A DNA stretch of 15,890 nucleotides from the IMG/VR virus record IMGVR_UViG_2700989168_000009. One strand, given 5' to 3'. The notes beneath the pieces are model-generated. The model did not search any database. It was not told the origin of the DNA and worked only from the letters and a program-made list of their open reading frames with translations. The DNA comes from a virus (lineage: Duplodnaviria; Heunggongvirae; Uroviricota; Caudoviricetes). The position numbers and the translations under genes were made by a program. This document shows, one piece after another, positions 1 to 6,858 of the stretch (positions are counted from its first letter, which is position 1; the number at the start of each line of letters is the position of its first letter).

Positions 1-1230
1 ATGAGCAGAGCACTTAACAAACTGAGCGATACACAGCTGAGGAAAATCAACGGCACACCCGCCCAAAAAACAGCCTTTCTTAATGACGGTGGAAACCTGA
101 GCGTCAGGCATTCAACCAGTGGCCTTTTAACCTGGTATTTCACTTACAGGGCCGGAACGGGAAGGGGGGCACCACCGGAACGCATTAAGCTGGGAAATTA
201 TCCTGATCTGAGCCTGAAATCAGCCAGGGAAAAAGCCGCCCAGTGTCGCGCATGGCTGGCAGAGGGGAAAAATCCACGTCATGAGCTTAATTACACCGTA
301 CAGGAAGCGTTAAAGCCGGTAACGGTTGGCGATGCGCTCACCTACTGGCTTGAGTCGTACGCAAAGGAAAACCGCGTGGATTATGCCGCCCTGAAAAAGC
401 GCCTTAATAATCACGTAATACAGCACATTGGTGCTATGCCGCTGGATAAATGCGAGCTACGGCACTGGCTGGCCTGTTTTGACCAGGTGGCAAAGCGAAC
501 GCCTGTTACTGCCGGATTCTTGCTACAGACGTGCAAACAGGCGCTTAAGTTCTGCCGGAGGCGGCGCTATGCAATCAGCAACGTTCTTGATGATATGAGT
601 GTGGCGGACGTTGGGAAAAAACCGGATATAAGCGAGCGTGTCTTAAGCACCAAAGAACTGGGCGAATTATTGCAGGCACTGGACAAAAAAATATTCTCCC
701 CCTACTACATCGCGTTAATCCGCCTCCTGATTGTGTTCGGATGCCGGACGGTAGAACTGAGGTTATCGGAGATCAGCGAGTGGGATTTTACCGAAATGCT
801 CTGGACCGTGCCGAAAGAACACAGCAAAACGAAGGTGGCAATATTCCGGCCCATACCGGAAGCAATACTGCCGTTCGTCACGCAGCTGGTGGAGCAGAAC
901 AGGCACACGGGCTTATTGCTGGGGGAAGTGAAACAGGAAACAAGCGTGTCGCAGTACGGCAGATTAGCGCACAGGAGGCTAAATCACCCTCACTGGTCAC
1001 TACATGACATCCGGCGCACCTTTACAACGATGCTGAACGATTTAGGCGTGGATCCTCACGTCGTGGAGCAGCTTACAGGCCACCAGATGCCAGGAATGCA
1101 GCGAGTTTATAATCATTCCCGTTATCTGGATGCTAAACGCAATGCGCTGGATATGTGGACGGAGCGGTTAGGGATACTGGCGGGAACACATGAAAACGTA
1201 ACCACGCTACCAGTAGCCAGAAGAAAATAA
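1..1230 (+). CDS. int: Tyrosine recombinase / phage integrase (P4-type satellite integrase), 409 aa
   Basis: Complete ORF (ATG at 1, TAA at 1228-1230). C-terminal catalytic region with HDIRRTFTT (His-x-x-Arg) and YNHSRYLD (nucleophile Tyr) typical of the phage integrase family. Followed by alpA in the same orientation, as in P4-like islands and PICIs. Confidence 0.9.
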   Translation: MSRALNKLSDTQLRKINGTPAQKTAFLNDGGNLSVRHSTSGLLTWYFTYRAGTGRGAPPERIKLGNYPDLSLKSAREKAAQCRAWLAEGKNPRHELNYTVQEALKPVTVGDALTYWLESYAKENRVDYAALKKRLNNHVIQHIGAMPLDKCELRHWLACFDQVAKRTPVTAGFLLQTCKQALKFCRRRRYAISNVLDDMSVADVGKKPDISERVLSTKELGELLQALDKKIFSPYYIALIRLLIVFGCRTVELRLSEISEWDFTEMLWTVPKEHSKTKVAIFRPIPEAILPFVTQLVEQNRHTGLLLGEVKQETSVSQYGRLAHRRLNHPHWSLHDIRRTFTTMLNDLGVDPHVVEQLTGHQMPGMQRVYNHSRYLDAKRNALDMWTERLGILAGTHENVTTLPVARRK

Positions 1231-1270
1231 TTTTTTTCGTGTTTTTTCAGTATGCGCATACTGGATATGC

Positions 1271-1322
1271 GAACAGATACAACGTGCAACAATGAGCAAC
1301 AATGCGGAACAACTACGAACAA
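1271..1322 (+). repeat. Helically phased array of (C/G)AACAA direct repeats (10-bp period) in the int-alpA intergenic region; candidate regulator or excisionase binding sites
   Basis: CAACAA at 1287 and 1297, GAACAA at 1307 and 1317, degenerate GAACAG at 1271 and ACAACG at 1279. Shares the core AACAACGTG(C/G)AACAA with arrays at 6619-6644 and 14297-14312 (opposite strand). Confidence 0.55.
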
Positions 1323-1514
1323 GAGGTGAAAAAGTGTACAGATTTATAAGTAGCTGATTTTTAATGTGTTACTGATTTTTTATACACTAGCGAATCACTC
1401 TTTAAATAGCGAGAAAAAAGGCATGAAACAATATTTTATGCCTTTGTATTAACATGAATTTAAAGGATTTTATCCTGATTATTCCTCTTTCTGTAAACCA
1501 TACGGCCTCAACAT

Positions 1515-1543
1515 TTGCCAACTCTGAATCATCCTGACACAAT
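1515..1543 (+). promoter_or_regulatory. Candidate sigma70 promoter for alpA
   Basis: -35 TTGCCA (1515-1520), 17-bp spacer, -10 CACAAT (1538-1543), about 60 nt upstream of the alpA start. Sequence-only prediction. Confidence 0.35.
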
Positions 1544-1604
1544 CAGACACATCCCAACGCAATAGAACACGAAATAACTCTTTAAGAAACGAAAGGGGGC
1601 AATA

Positions 1605-1793
1605 GTGTTAAGCACTGATCGGTTTATACGTGAAAAAGAATGCGAAAAGCTAACAGGCCTTAGCCGCTCATGCCGCTACCGCCTGGAAAAGGCCGGACAA
1701 TTCCCATCACGTCGTAAACTTGGCGGTCGTTCCGTTGGCTGGTCTTTATCCGAGGTTCTGGCCTGGAAGGATAGCTGCAAGGCAGTTCATTAA
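1605..1793 (+). CDS. alpA: AlpA-family DNA-binding regulator / excisionase-like protein, 62 aa (GTG start)
   Basis: GTG at 1605 preceded by SD AGGGGG (1594-1599). Protein contains LTGLSRSCRYRLEKAGQFPSRRKLGGRSVGWSLSEVLAWK, the hallmark winged-helix signature of the AlpA/Xis family. Sits immediately after int. Confidence 0.85.
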   Translation: MLSTDRFIREKECEKLTGLSRSCRYRLEKAGQFPSRRKLGGRSVGWSLSEVLAWKDSCKAVH

Positions 1794-1939
1794 TCACGCT
1801 GGCGGCACGCAGCCGCCACACATCAATCATCTGAACACAGAGCTATAACCATGAAGATTGAATATACGCCAGAACGTGGGCGGGGATTCGTTCGCCCTGG
1901 TGAAACTGGAAAACCACAAAATTGGGGTTTTTCAGGCAT

Positions 1940-1969
1940 AAAAAAAGCGGCCCCGAAATGGAGCCGCCT
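1940..1969 (-). terminator. Rho-independent terminator-like hairpin on the minus strand
   Basis: Minus strand reads GGCGGCUCC-AUUUC-GGGGCCGCU followed by UUUUUUU (complement of the A-run at 1940-1946). Stem of 9 bp including 2 G-U pairs. Confidence 0.45.
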
Positions 1970-2062
1970 TTCTGAACAGATAACCCGCTGCGCCGTTTGT
2001 GTGTGTGATCCCAAACATAAGCACGGGGATGATAGCCGCTATCAGGCTGGTGGGCAATGCAA

Positions 2063-2239
2063 TCAGTCTGGTTCAGTGCGTTGCCATAACTGCGAAGTTC
2101 TCTCCTTTGATGAGTATTCTTTAAGGTACTTCTCAAGGGCAAAAGAACACGGCGCGAATCGTTCTGATTCATGCTCTTTCTTTCTGCGTCGTCTTTTTCG
2201 TGCAGGTGATGTTTTTTCGGTTGATTCTTCGTTGGTCAT
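2063..2239 (-). CDS. Hypothetical small basic protein, 58 aa (below ORF-track threshold)
   Basis: Minus-strand ORF MTNEESTEKTSPARKRRRRKKEHESERFAPCSFALEKYLKEYSSKERTSQLWQRTEPD, ending about 90 nt upstream of the minus-strand terminator at 1940-1969. No clear SD. Could be a shadow of non-coding sequence. Confidence 0.2.
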   Translation of the reverse strand: MTNEESTEKTSPARKRRRRKKEHESERFAPCSFALEKYLKEYSSKERTSQLWQRTEPD

Positions 2240-2296
2240 TGTGTGCGCCTGTAAAGCAATGCGCCGTAGTACCTCACACCACGGCGCTGATAGTTT

Positions 2297-2401
2297 TTAT
2301 CCTTTGGGTTCTATGCCGCGTTGCTGTAATTCTTTGCGGATTATTCGCTTTATCCAGGCAGCAAGAGAATCATCGCCGTCCTGTTGTTGTGCCTTTTCCA
2401 T
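2297..2401 (-). CDS. Hypothetical small protein, 34 aa
   Basis: Minus-strand ORF MEKAQQQDGDDSLAAWIKRIIRKELQQRGIEPKG with a weak SD-like GGGAAAAG upstream. It is divergent from the rightward replication operon. Very tentative. Confidence 0.15.
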   Translation of the reverse strand: MEKAQQQDGDDSLAAWIKRIIRKELQQRGIEPKG

Positions 2402-2469
2402 CTTTTCCCGTAAGTCAGGATCTAAACGGAACTGGAACGGAGGATTACCACGCCTTTCGTTTTTGTGTG

Positions 2470-2525
2470 TTGACACGTTAATTACACCTCAGGTAATGTA
2501 TTTATGTGTAGTGACACATTACACA
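2470..2525 (+). promoter_or_regulatory. Candidate promoter plus operator dyad for the rightward small-ORF/primase operon
   Basis: Consensus -35 TTGACA at 2470-2475 with a weak -10 (TAATGT, 2494-2499), followed directly by the dyad TGTGTA (2505-2510) - N9 - TACACA (2520-2525). Confidence 0.3.
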
Positions 2526-2543
2526 CAATCAACACAAAAAGCA

Positions 2544-2576
2544 AAGCCCCGCACTGTAGGAGCAGTAACGGGGCTT
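2544..2576 (+). promoter_or_regulatory. Stable stem-loop in the 5' leader of the rightward operon (attenuator or RNA element?)
   Basis: AAGCCCCG (2544-2551) pairs with CGGGGCTT (2569-2576), with an internal ACTG/CAGT sub-stem. On the minus strand the hairpin is followed by a T-run, so it could also act as a minus-strand terminator. Confidence 0.35.
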
Positions 2577-2605
2577 CTAACCAACAACGTAAACTAGGAG
2601 CCGTT

Positions 2606-2806
2606 ATGGTTGCCGTAAATCATATACCACACCTTGTACACACACAAACGGCCTTTGTGTGGCGTTTTCTGGCACTGAGTGCCGGAGAATCCCAAATCAT
2701 CCACGTAACCGCTTGGACGGAACGCGAAGCGCGTAGCCGTTGCCCGTCCGGTTGTGTTGCTGTATTCGCCGCCCGTATTCGTCAGGGGGAAACCTATGCA
2801 CAATAA
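2606..2806 (+). CDS. Hypothetical protein, 66 aa
   Basis: ATG 2606 preceded by SD GGAG (2597-2600). In frame with ORF-track entry 2504..2806; the internal start is preferred because of the SD and the upstream leader hairpin. Stop overlaps the next start. Confidence 0.45.
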   Translation: MVAVNHIPHLVHTQTAFVWRFLALSAGESQIIHVTAWTEREARSRCPSGCVAVFAARIRQGETYAQ

Positions 2807-3017
2807 AACCACACCGAACGCAGCAGCCGCCGCACTCACTACGCTGATGCACGCGCTTATTGATATTGAATGCACGGCAGAGCTTGCGCAGGGAGAAGAA
2901 CAGAAAGACCGGACACAGTTCGCCCTGGAATGTATCCGATACATCGCAACGCGGTCACTGAATGACGCTAAAAATATTCTTGTTGCCGATTGTGAAAATG
3001 GGGGGGGTTATGCGTGA
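2796..3017 (+). CDS. Hypothetical protein, 73 aa
   Basis: ATG 2796 preceded by GGGGGAA. In frame with ORF-track entry 2754..3017. Overlaps the previous stop, suggesting translational coupling. Confidence 0.45.
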   Translation: MHNKTTPNAAAAALTTLMHALIDIECTAELAQGEEQKDRTQFALECIRYIATRSLNDAKNILVADCENGGGYA

Positions 3018-3162
3018 TGATCGTTTTAATTCCCTGAAACAGGAATTTTCCGGCGTTCCTGATGATGCGGCTGATGCGCTTTCGTCAATGCCAGAACTTA
3101 TTAGAGCGGCTTTTTTCTTACTTTCCACGAGAGAATATAAATCAACGGGCTTGATGTACTGA
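3010..3162 (+). CDS. Hypothetical protein, 50 aa
   Basis: ATG 3010 preceded by a GGGGGG run, overlapping the previous stop (ATGCGTGA). In frame with ORF-track entry 2962..3162. Confidence 0.35.
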   Translation: MRDDRFNSLKQEFSGVPDDAADALSSMPELIRAAFFLLSTREYKSTGLMY

Positions 3163-3231
3163 ATATCGCCGCCGATTATGCTGATTTCGTGACAGAGGTT
3201 ATTTTAAGAAAAACGACGGACGGGGATTAAT

Positions 3232-3465
3232 ATGCGTGATATTTACCACGAAACAATAGACCGCGCATTTCTTGCACTTTCTCACAGTGAAAACATGCTG
3301 GAAATATTGCGCATATGGCTTGAAACACTTGGCGACAATGAACGCGACAAACAAAAATCAAGAATTGCCACGGCATTAATAACGCTTCTTGAGCCTGTAA
3401 TAATGGAACTGCAAGAAATAGATCTATTGCACGACAGATATAAAGAACAACACACCGGAGAATAA
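3232..3465 (+). CDS. Hypothetical protein, 77 aa
   Basis: ORF track 3232..3465. SD-like GGACGGGGA upstream. Same orientation as the operon. The overlapping minus ORF 3227..3511 is judged a shadow. Confidence 0.5.
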   Translation: MRDIYHETIDRAFLALSHSENMLEILRIWLETLGDNERDKQKSRIATALITLLEPVIMELQEIDLLHDRYKEQHTGE

Positions 3466-3470
3466 AAATA

Positions 3471-3770
3471 ATGAAACTTAAATATTCTGGCTTAACTGCC
3501 AGTGGCAACACTCACCCTAAATTTACGCGCGGTGATATTTACCGCGACCAGTACGGCGGCATGGTAACGATTAAAGGCGTGGCAGAACGGCGCATCACCT
3601 ACCGCCGTGAAGGTTACGAATATGATTGCGTGATGCCTGTTTATCAATTCCGGCGTGATTTCACGCTGGTACAGGCAGCGCCCCGCAGTAAACCAACCAG
3701 CAGGGAGAAAGCACGCGCCAATATTCAGGAAATAAAAAAGATGCTTAACGTATTCAGGGGTAAAAAATGA
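3471..3770 (+). CDS. Hypothetical protein, 99 aa
   Basis: ORF track 3471..3770. Stop TGA overlaps the primase ATG (ATGA at 3767-3770), suggesting translational coupling. Confidence 0.55.
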   Translation: MKLKYSGLTASGNTHPKFTRGDIYRDQYGGMVTIKGVAERRITYRREGYEYDCVMPVYQFRRDFTLVQAAPRSKPTSREKARANIQEIKKMLNVFRGKK

Positions 3771-5515
3771 AACTGGCACCGAACGTAAAAAAACAGCCAC
3801 GCGGAATAAAACACAAAGACACAGAGGTAATTATCTTTGCGGGTAGTGATGCCTGGTCGCACGCGAAACAATGGCAGGAGCAGGATGGCCCCGCATCCGG
3901 CGATAATGTGCCGCCTGTGTGGCTTGGGCCAAATCAGCTTGCCGAACTTGATGCACTGAAAATTGTTCCGGATGGAAAAAAACGCGTAAGGCTGTACCAG
4001 GCCGGAGAACTGGATTTGGTGGAGACCAAAAAGATTGGTCAGAAGCTGGCGGCGGCAGATATTCAGGACGCAAATTTTTACCCCGAAGGAATGCACGTCC
4101 AGAAGTGTGAAAACTGGCGGCGCTATCTGAATGCTGAGCGTGAAAATATTGCCGCAGGGCTTACCATGCCGGAGCAGAAAAATACGCAACTGGCACAAAT
4201 GGCAGACAGTGAGCGCGCGCAGCTGCTTGCCGAGCGCTTTGATGGCGTTTGTGTGCATCAGGAAAGTGAAATCGTTCACGTATGGCGCGGCGGGGTATGG
4301 TGTCCGGTCAGCACAATGGAACTTAGCCGCGAAATGGTGGTGATCTATTCAGAGCACAGGGCCACTTTCAGCAAGCGCGTAATCAATAACGCCGTGGAAG
4401 CGTTAAAAGTTATTGCCGAACCAATGGGCGAGCCGTCCGGCGATTTGCTGCCGTTCGCCAATGGTGCGCTTGACCTGAAAACGGGGGAATTTTCCCCGCA
4501 CACGCCGGAGAACTGGATCACCACGCACAACGGCATTGAGTACACGCCACCAGCACCAGGGGAGAACATCCGCGATAACGCGCTAAACTTTCATAAATGG
4601 CTTGAGCACGCAGCCGGAAAAGACCAGCGCAAGATGATGCGTATATGTGCCGCGCTGTACATGATTATGGCGAACCGGTACGACTGGCAGATGTTTATTG
4701 AGGCCACCGGAGACGGCGGGAGCGGTAAAAGTACATTCACACACATAGCCAGCCTTCTGGCAGGGAAACAGAACACGGTAAGCGCTGAAATGACATCGCT
4801 TGATGATGCTGGTGGACGTGCGCAGGTTGTCGGGAGTCGTCTTATCGTCCTGGCTGACCAGCCGAAATATACAGGCGAAGGAACGGGCATCAAGAAAATC
4901 ACGGGCGGTGACCCCGTGGAAATTAACCCGAAATACGAAAAGCGTTTCACGGCTGTAATCAGGGCGGTGGTGCTGGCGACCAACAATAACCCGATGATAT
5001 TCACCGAACGGGCCGGAGGTGTGGCACGTCGTCGCGTGATTTTCCGTTTCGACAATATCGTTAGTGAGGCCGAAAAAGACAGGGAGCTACCGGAAAAGAT
5101 TGCGGCTGAAATCCCTGTCATTATCCGCCGATTGCTGGCGAACTTTACCGACTCTGAGAAAGCACGGGCTTTACTACTGGAACAGCGTGACGGTGATGAA
5201 GCTCTGGCAATAAAGCAACAGACGGATCCGGTTATTGAGTTTTGCCAGTTCCTGAATTTTCTGGAGGAAGCACGCGGCCTGATGATGGGCGGCGGTGGCG
5301 ATTCAGTGAAGTACACGACCAGAAACAGCCTTTACCGCGTCTATCTGGCGTTTATGGCGTACGCAGGCAGGAGCAAACCGCTAAACGTAAATGACTTTGG
5401 CAAGGCTATGAAGCCAGCCGCGAAAGTTTACGGACATGAATATATTACGCGGAAAGTTAAGGGAGTAACGCAGACTAACGCAATAACAACAGACGAGTGC
5501 GACGCGTTTTTATAA
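3767..5515 (+). CDS. Replication initiator: primase / SF3 (P4/D5-type) helicase, 582 aa (PICI pri-rep-like)
   Basis: 582-aa ORF with Walker A GDGGSGKST (nt about 4709-4735) and a downstream hydrophobic stretch LIVLADQ as a Walker-B-like element, in the arrangement of the P4-family primase C-terminal helicase domain. An iteron origin lies immediately downstream, as in PICIs. Confidence 0.85.
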   Translation: MKLAPNVKKQPRGIKHKDTEVIIFAGSDAWSHAKQWQEQDGPASGDNVPPVWLGPNQLAELDALKIVPDGKKRVRLYQAGELDLVETKKIGQKLAAADIQDANFYPEGMHVQKCENWRRYLNAERENIAAGLTMPEQKNTQLAQMADSERAQLLAERFDGVCVHQESEIVHVWRGGVWCPVSTMELSREMVVIYSEHRATFSKRVINNAVEALKVIAEPMGEPSGDLLPFANGALDLKTGEFSPHTPENWITTHNGIEYTPPAPGENIRDNALNFHKWLEHAAGKDQRKMMRICAALYMIMANRYDWQMFIEATGDGGSGKSTFTHIASLLAGKQNTVSAEMTSLDDAGGRAQVVGSRLIVLADQPKYTGEGTGIKKITGGDPVEINPKYEKRFTAVIRAVVLATNNNPMIFTERAGGVARRRVIFRFDNIVSEAEKDRELPEKIAAEIPVIIRRLLANFTDSEKARALLLEQRDGDEALAIKQQTDPVIEFCQFLNFLEEARGLMMGGGGDSVKYTTRNSLYRVYLAFMAYAGRSKPLNVNDFGKAMKPAAKVYGHEYITRKVKGVTQTNAITTDECDAFL

Positions 5516-5530
5516 TTTTTTGTAATTGCT

Positions 5531-5754
5531 GTCTACCCTGTCTACCTGAGTAAAGAAAAATACATTTAATTCAGTGCATTAAGTTAGGTAGATAGCCTTT
5601 TTTTACTGTCTACCCACTATCTACCCTCTCTACCTGATTTTACCTGAATCAGACAGGGAGGTAGACACGGGGTAGATAGTGGATAAAAGCACTCTACCCC
5701 GCTGAAAGCAGCGCCATTACTGGCATGAGGGCCACTAAGGTAGATAAGGTAGAC
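5531..5754. repeat. Iteron-type replication origin: 11 copies of the 7-bp unit (G/A/C)TCTACC in both orientations flanking an AT-rich spacer
   Basis: GTCTACC at 5531, 5540 and 5608; ATCTACC at 5619; CTCTACC at 5628 and 5692; inverted GGTAGA(C/T) at 5587, 5660, 5671, 5739 and 5748. AT-rich stretch 5549-5586. Directly downstream of the primase/helicase gene. Confidence 0.7.
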
Positions 5755-5803
5755 AAGGGGAGGCACAACTCAAAACTTTTTAAACGAGGGGGTAAAAATA
5801 AAT

Positions 5804-6082
5804 ATGCACACTTCAGGGAAATTTAATAAATCATTCAAAAAACGCAGAGACAGAACAGAACCGAAATATCGCGCGTTAGACATGACAGAGCACGCTTTAA
5901 AGGTGGCAATCAGAACGATAGACCGCCACGCGGGGGAAGGATACGCGAAAGCACATCCCGAACTGATAAGCGCATTCATGACCACGACGGCGGCAAATTT
6001 TGCCACGCTGACAGAGCGGGAGATTGCCGAAGCGGAACAGGTAACAACAATCAACGTTAAAACCGGAGAGGTGGAATCATGA
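5804..6082 (+). CDS. Hypothetical protein, 92 aa
   Basis: ORF track 5804..6082, with GAGGGGG upstream. First gene after the ori. Confidence 0.5.
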   Translation: MHTSGKFNKSFKKRRDRTEPKYRALDMTEHALKVAIRTIDRHAGEGYAKAHPELISAFMTTTAANFATLTEREIAEAEQVTTINVKTGEVES

Positions 6083-6384
6083 GCGAACCAAAATTTGGTG
6101 AAAAATTTTACAAGCACAACGGACGGATCACGATTCTGCAAATAAGCGCAGCTACACCAGGCTGGTGGGTTGAAACAGACGAAGGATCCTCACCCGTGGC
6201 ATCATGGGAGCTTTGTGTGCTTAGTTACCCTGACCGCGATGTGTATCAGGATATTCTGCCTGTGATATCCACTGACAAAGGCATGAAACCCGTAGACATC
6301 AAAAACATGGGGTTTCAGTGCGTAATGCTCACTGAAAAAATGATGGAAGAGATGAAAAAGAACAATGCCGGATCGCTTCACTGA
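6079..6384 (+). CDS. Hypothetical protein, 101 aa
   Basis: ORF track 6079..6384. SD GGAGAGGTGG upstream. ATGA overlap with the previous gene. Confidence 0.55.
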   Translation: MSEPKFGEKFYKHNGRITILQISAATPGWWVETDEGSSPVASWELCVLSYPDRDVYQDILPVISTDKGMKPVDIKNMGFQCVMLTEKMMEEMKKNNAGSLH

Positions 6385-6393
6385 GGTGGCAAT

Positions 6394-6555
6394 ATGACAG
6401 CACAAATTGCAGCTTACGGGCAGCTGGTGGGCGACCCGCTGGTAAAACAGAGCAGCAAGGGCACACCGGAGCCGCCAACGGAGAACTACGCAGACCTGAG
6501 AAATGCAGTAAATCGCACTTACGCAGACATGGGGCTGAGCAAATTAGCAGAGTAG
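6394..6555 (+). CDS. Hypothetical small protein, 53 aa
   Basis: ATG 6394 preceded by SD GAGGTGG. Translates to MTAQIAAYGQLVGDPLVKQSSKGTPEPPTENYADLRNAVNRTYADMGLSKLAE. Followed by a strong terminator. Confidence 0.35.
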   Translation: MTAQIAAYGQLVGDPLVKQSSKGTPEPPTENYADLRNAVNRTYADMGLSKLAE

Positions 6556-6577
6556 GAATATCAGAACCACACCACGC

Positions 6578-6609
6578 AGCCGGAGCAATCCGGCTTTTTG
6601 TTATTTTTT
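6578..6609 (+). terminator. Rho-independent terminator
   Basis: AGCCGGA-GCAA-TCCGGCT perfect 7-bp stem with a tetraloop, followed by TTTTTGTTATTTTTT. Confidence 0.7.
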
Positions 6610-6618
6610 GTAAATTAT

Positions 6619-6666
6619 TTGTTCGTGGTTGTTCCACGTTGTTCACTGAGCGGATCGGCATATTTT
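6619..6666 (+). promoter_or_regulatory. Phased TTGTTC x3 array (10-bp period) overlapping a candidate promoter of the head/packaging operon
   Basis: TTGTTC at 6619, 6629 and 6639 (GAACAA on the minus strand). Candidate -35 TTGTTC (6639-6644), 16-bp spacer, -10 TATTTT (6661-6666). Internal dyad CGTGG-TTGTT-CCACG. 15-bp core identical to 14298-14312. Confidence 0.5.
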
Positions 6667-6702
6667 ACCCGAACTGAATCATGATTATTCTCGCCCGTGG
6701 TG

Positions 6703-6828
6703 CCAGGACGCTGGGGCCACTTTCCCGCCTGTTAATGTGCTCGCCAATATTCATTACCAGGCGGGAAAACGATCGGTGCGATTACTGATTTCCTTATGAA
6801 AAACGGTTGAGTGTTTGCCGCGTCCTGG
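6703..6828 (+). other. Structured leader upstream of the capsid gene: nested inverted repeats
   Basis: Perfect 11-bp inverted repeat TTTCCCGCCTG (6721-6731) / CAGGCGGGAAA (6758-6768), enclosed by a 9-bp inverted repeat CCAGGACGC (6703-6711) / GCGTCCTGG (6820-6828). Confidence 0.4.
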
Positions 6829-6858
6829 AGTTCCTTACTTAACCCCAGGACTTTTTTT

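Noticed and set aside
1843-2172. 109-aa minus-strand ORF
   Set aside because: Reads through and about 100 nt beyond the minus-strand terminator hairpin (1940-1969). Low-complexity composition.
1851-2597. 248-aa plus-strand ORF spanning the region after alpA
   Set aside because: Cys/Arg/Ser-rich, non-protein-like composition; no SD; it runs through a minus-strand terminator and a promoter-like region. Likely a fortuitous open frame.
2594-2944. 116-aa minus-strand ORF overlapping the first small plus-strand ORFs
   Set aside because: Antisense to SD-supported, translationally coupled plus-strand ORFs. Poly-Ala and low-complexity protein.
3725-5316. Minus-strand ORFs (184 aa and 241 aa) inside the primase/helicase gene
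   Set aside because: Shadow ORFs antisense to a motif-supported 582-aa gene. Pro/Ser/Arg-rich composition.
5531-5754. Possible CRISPR array
   Set aside because: The repeats are 7-bp units in both orientations with irregular spacing, sitting immediately after a replication initiator. This is iteron architecture, not CRISPR repeat-spacer organisation.
6329-6661. 110-aa minus-strand ORF
   Set aside because: Overlaps two SD-supported plus-strand ORFs and the plus-strand terminator at 6578-6609.
6811-6858. GTG start at 6811 for the capsid gene, as used by the ORF track
   Set aside because: It lies inside the leader inverted repeat. The ATG at 6859 gives the N-terminus MQRIIELRQQ typical of capsid delta domains. 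Either is possible; 6859 is preferred.
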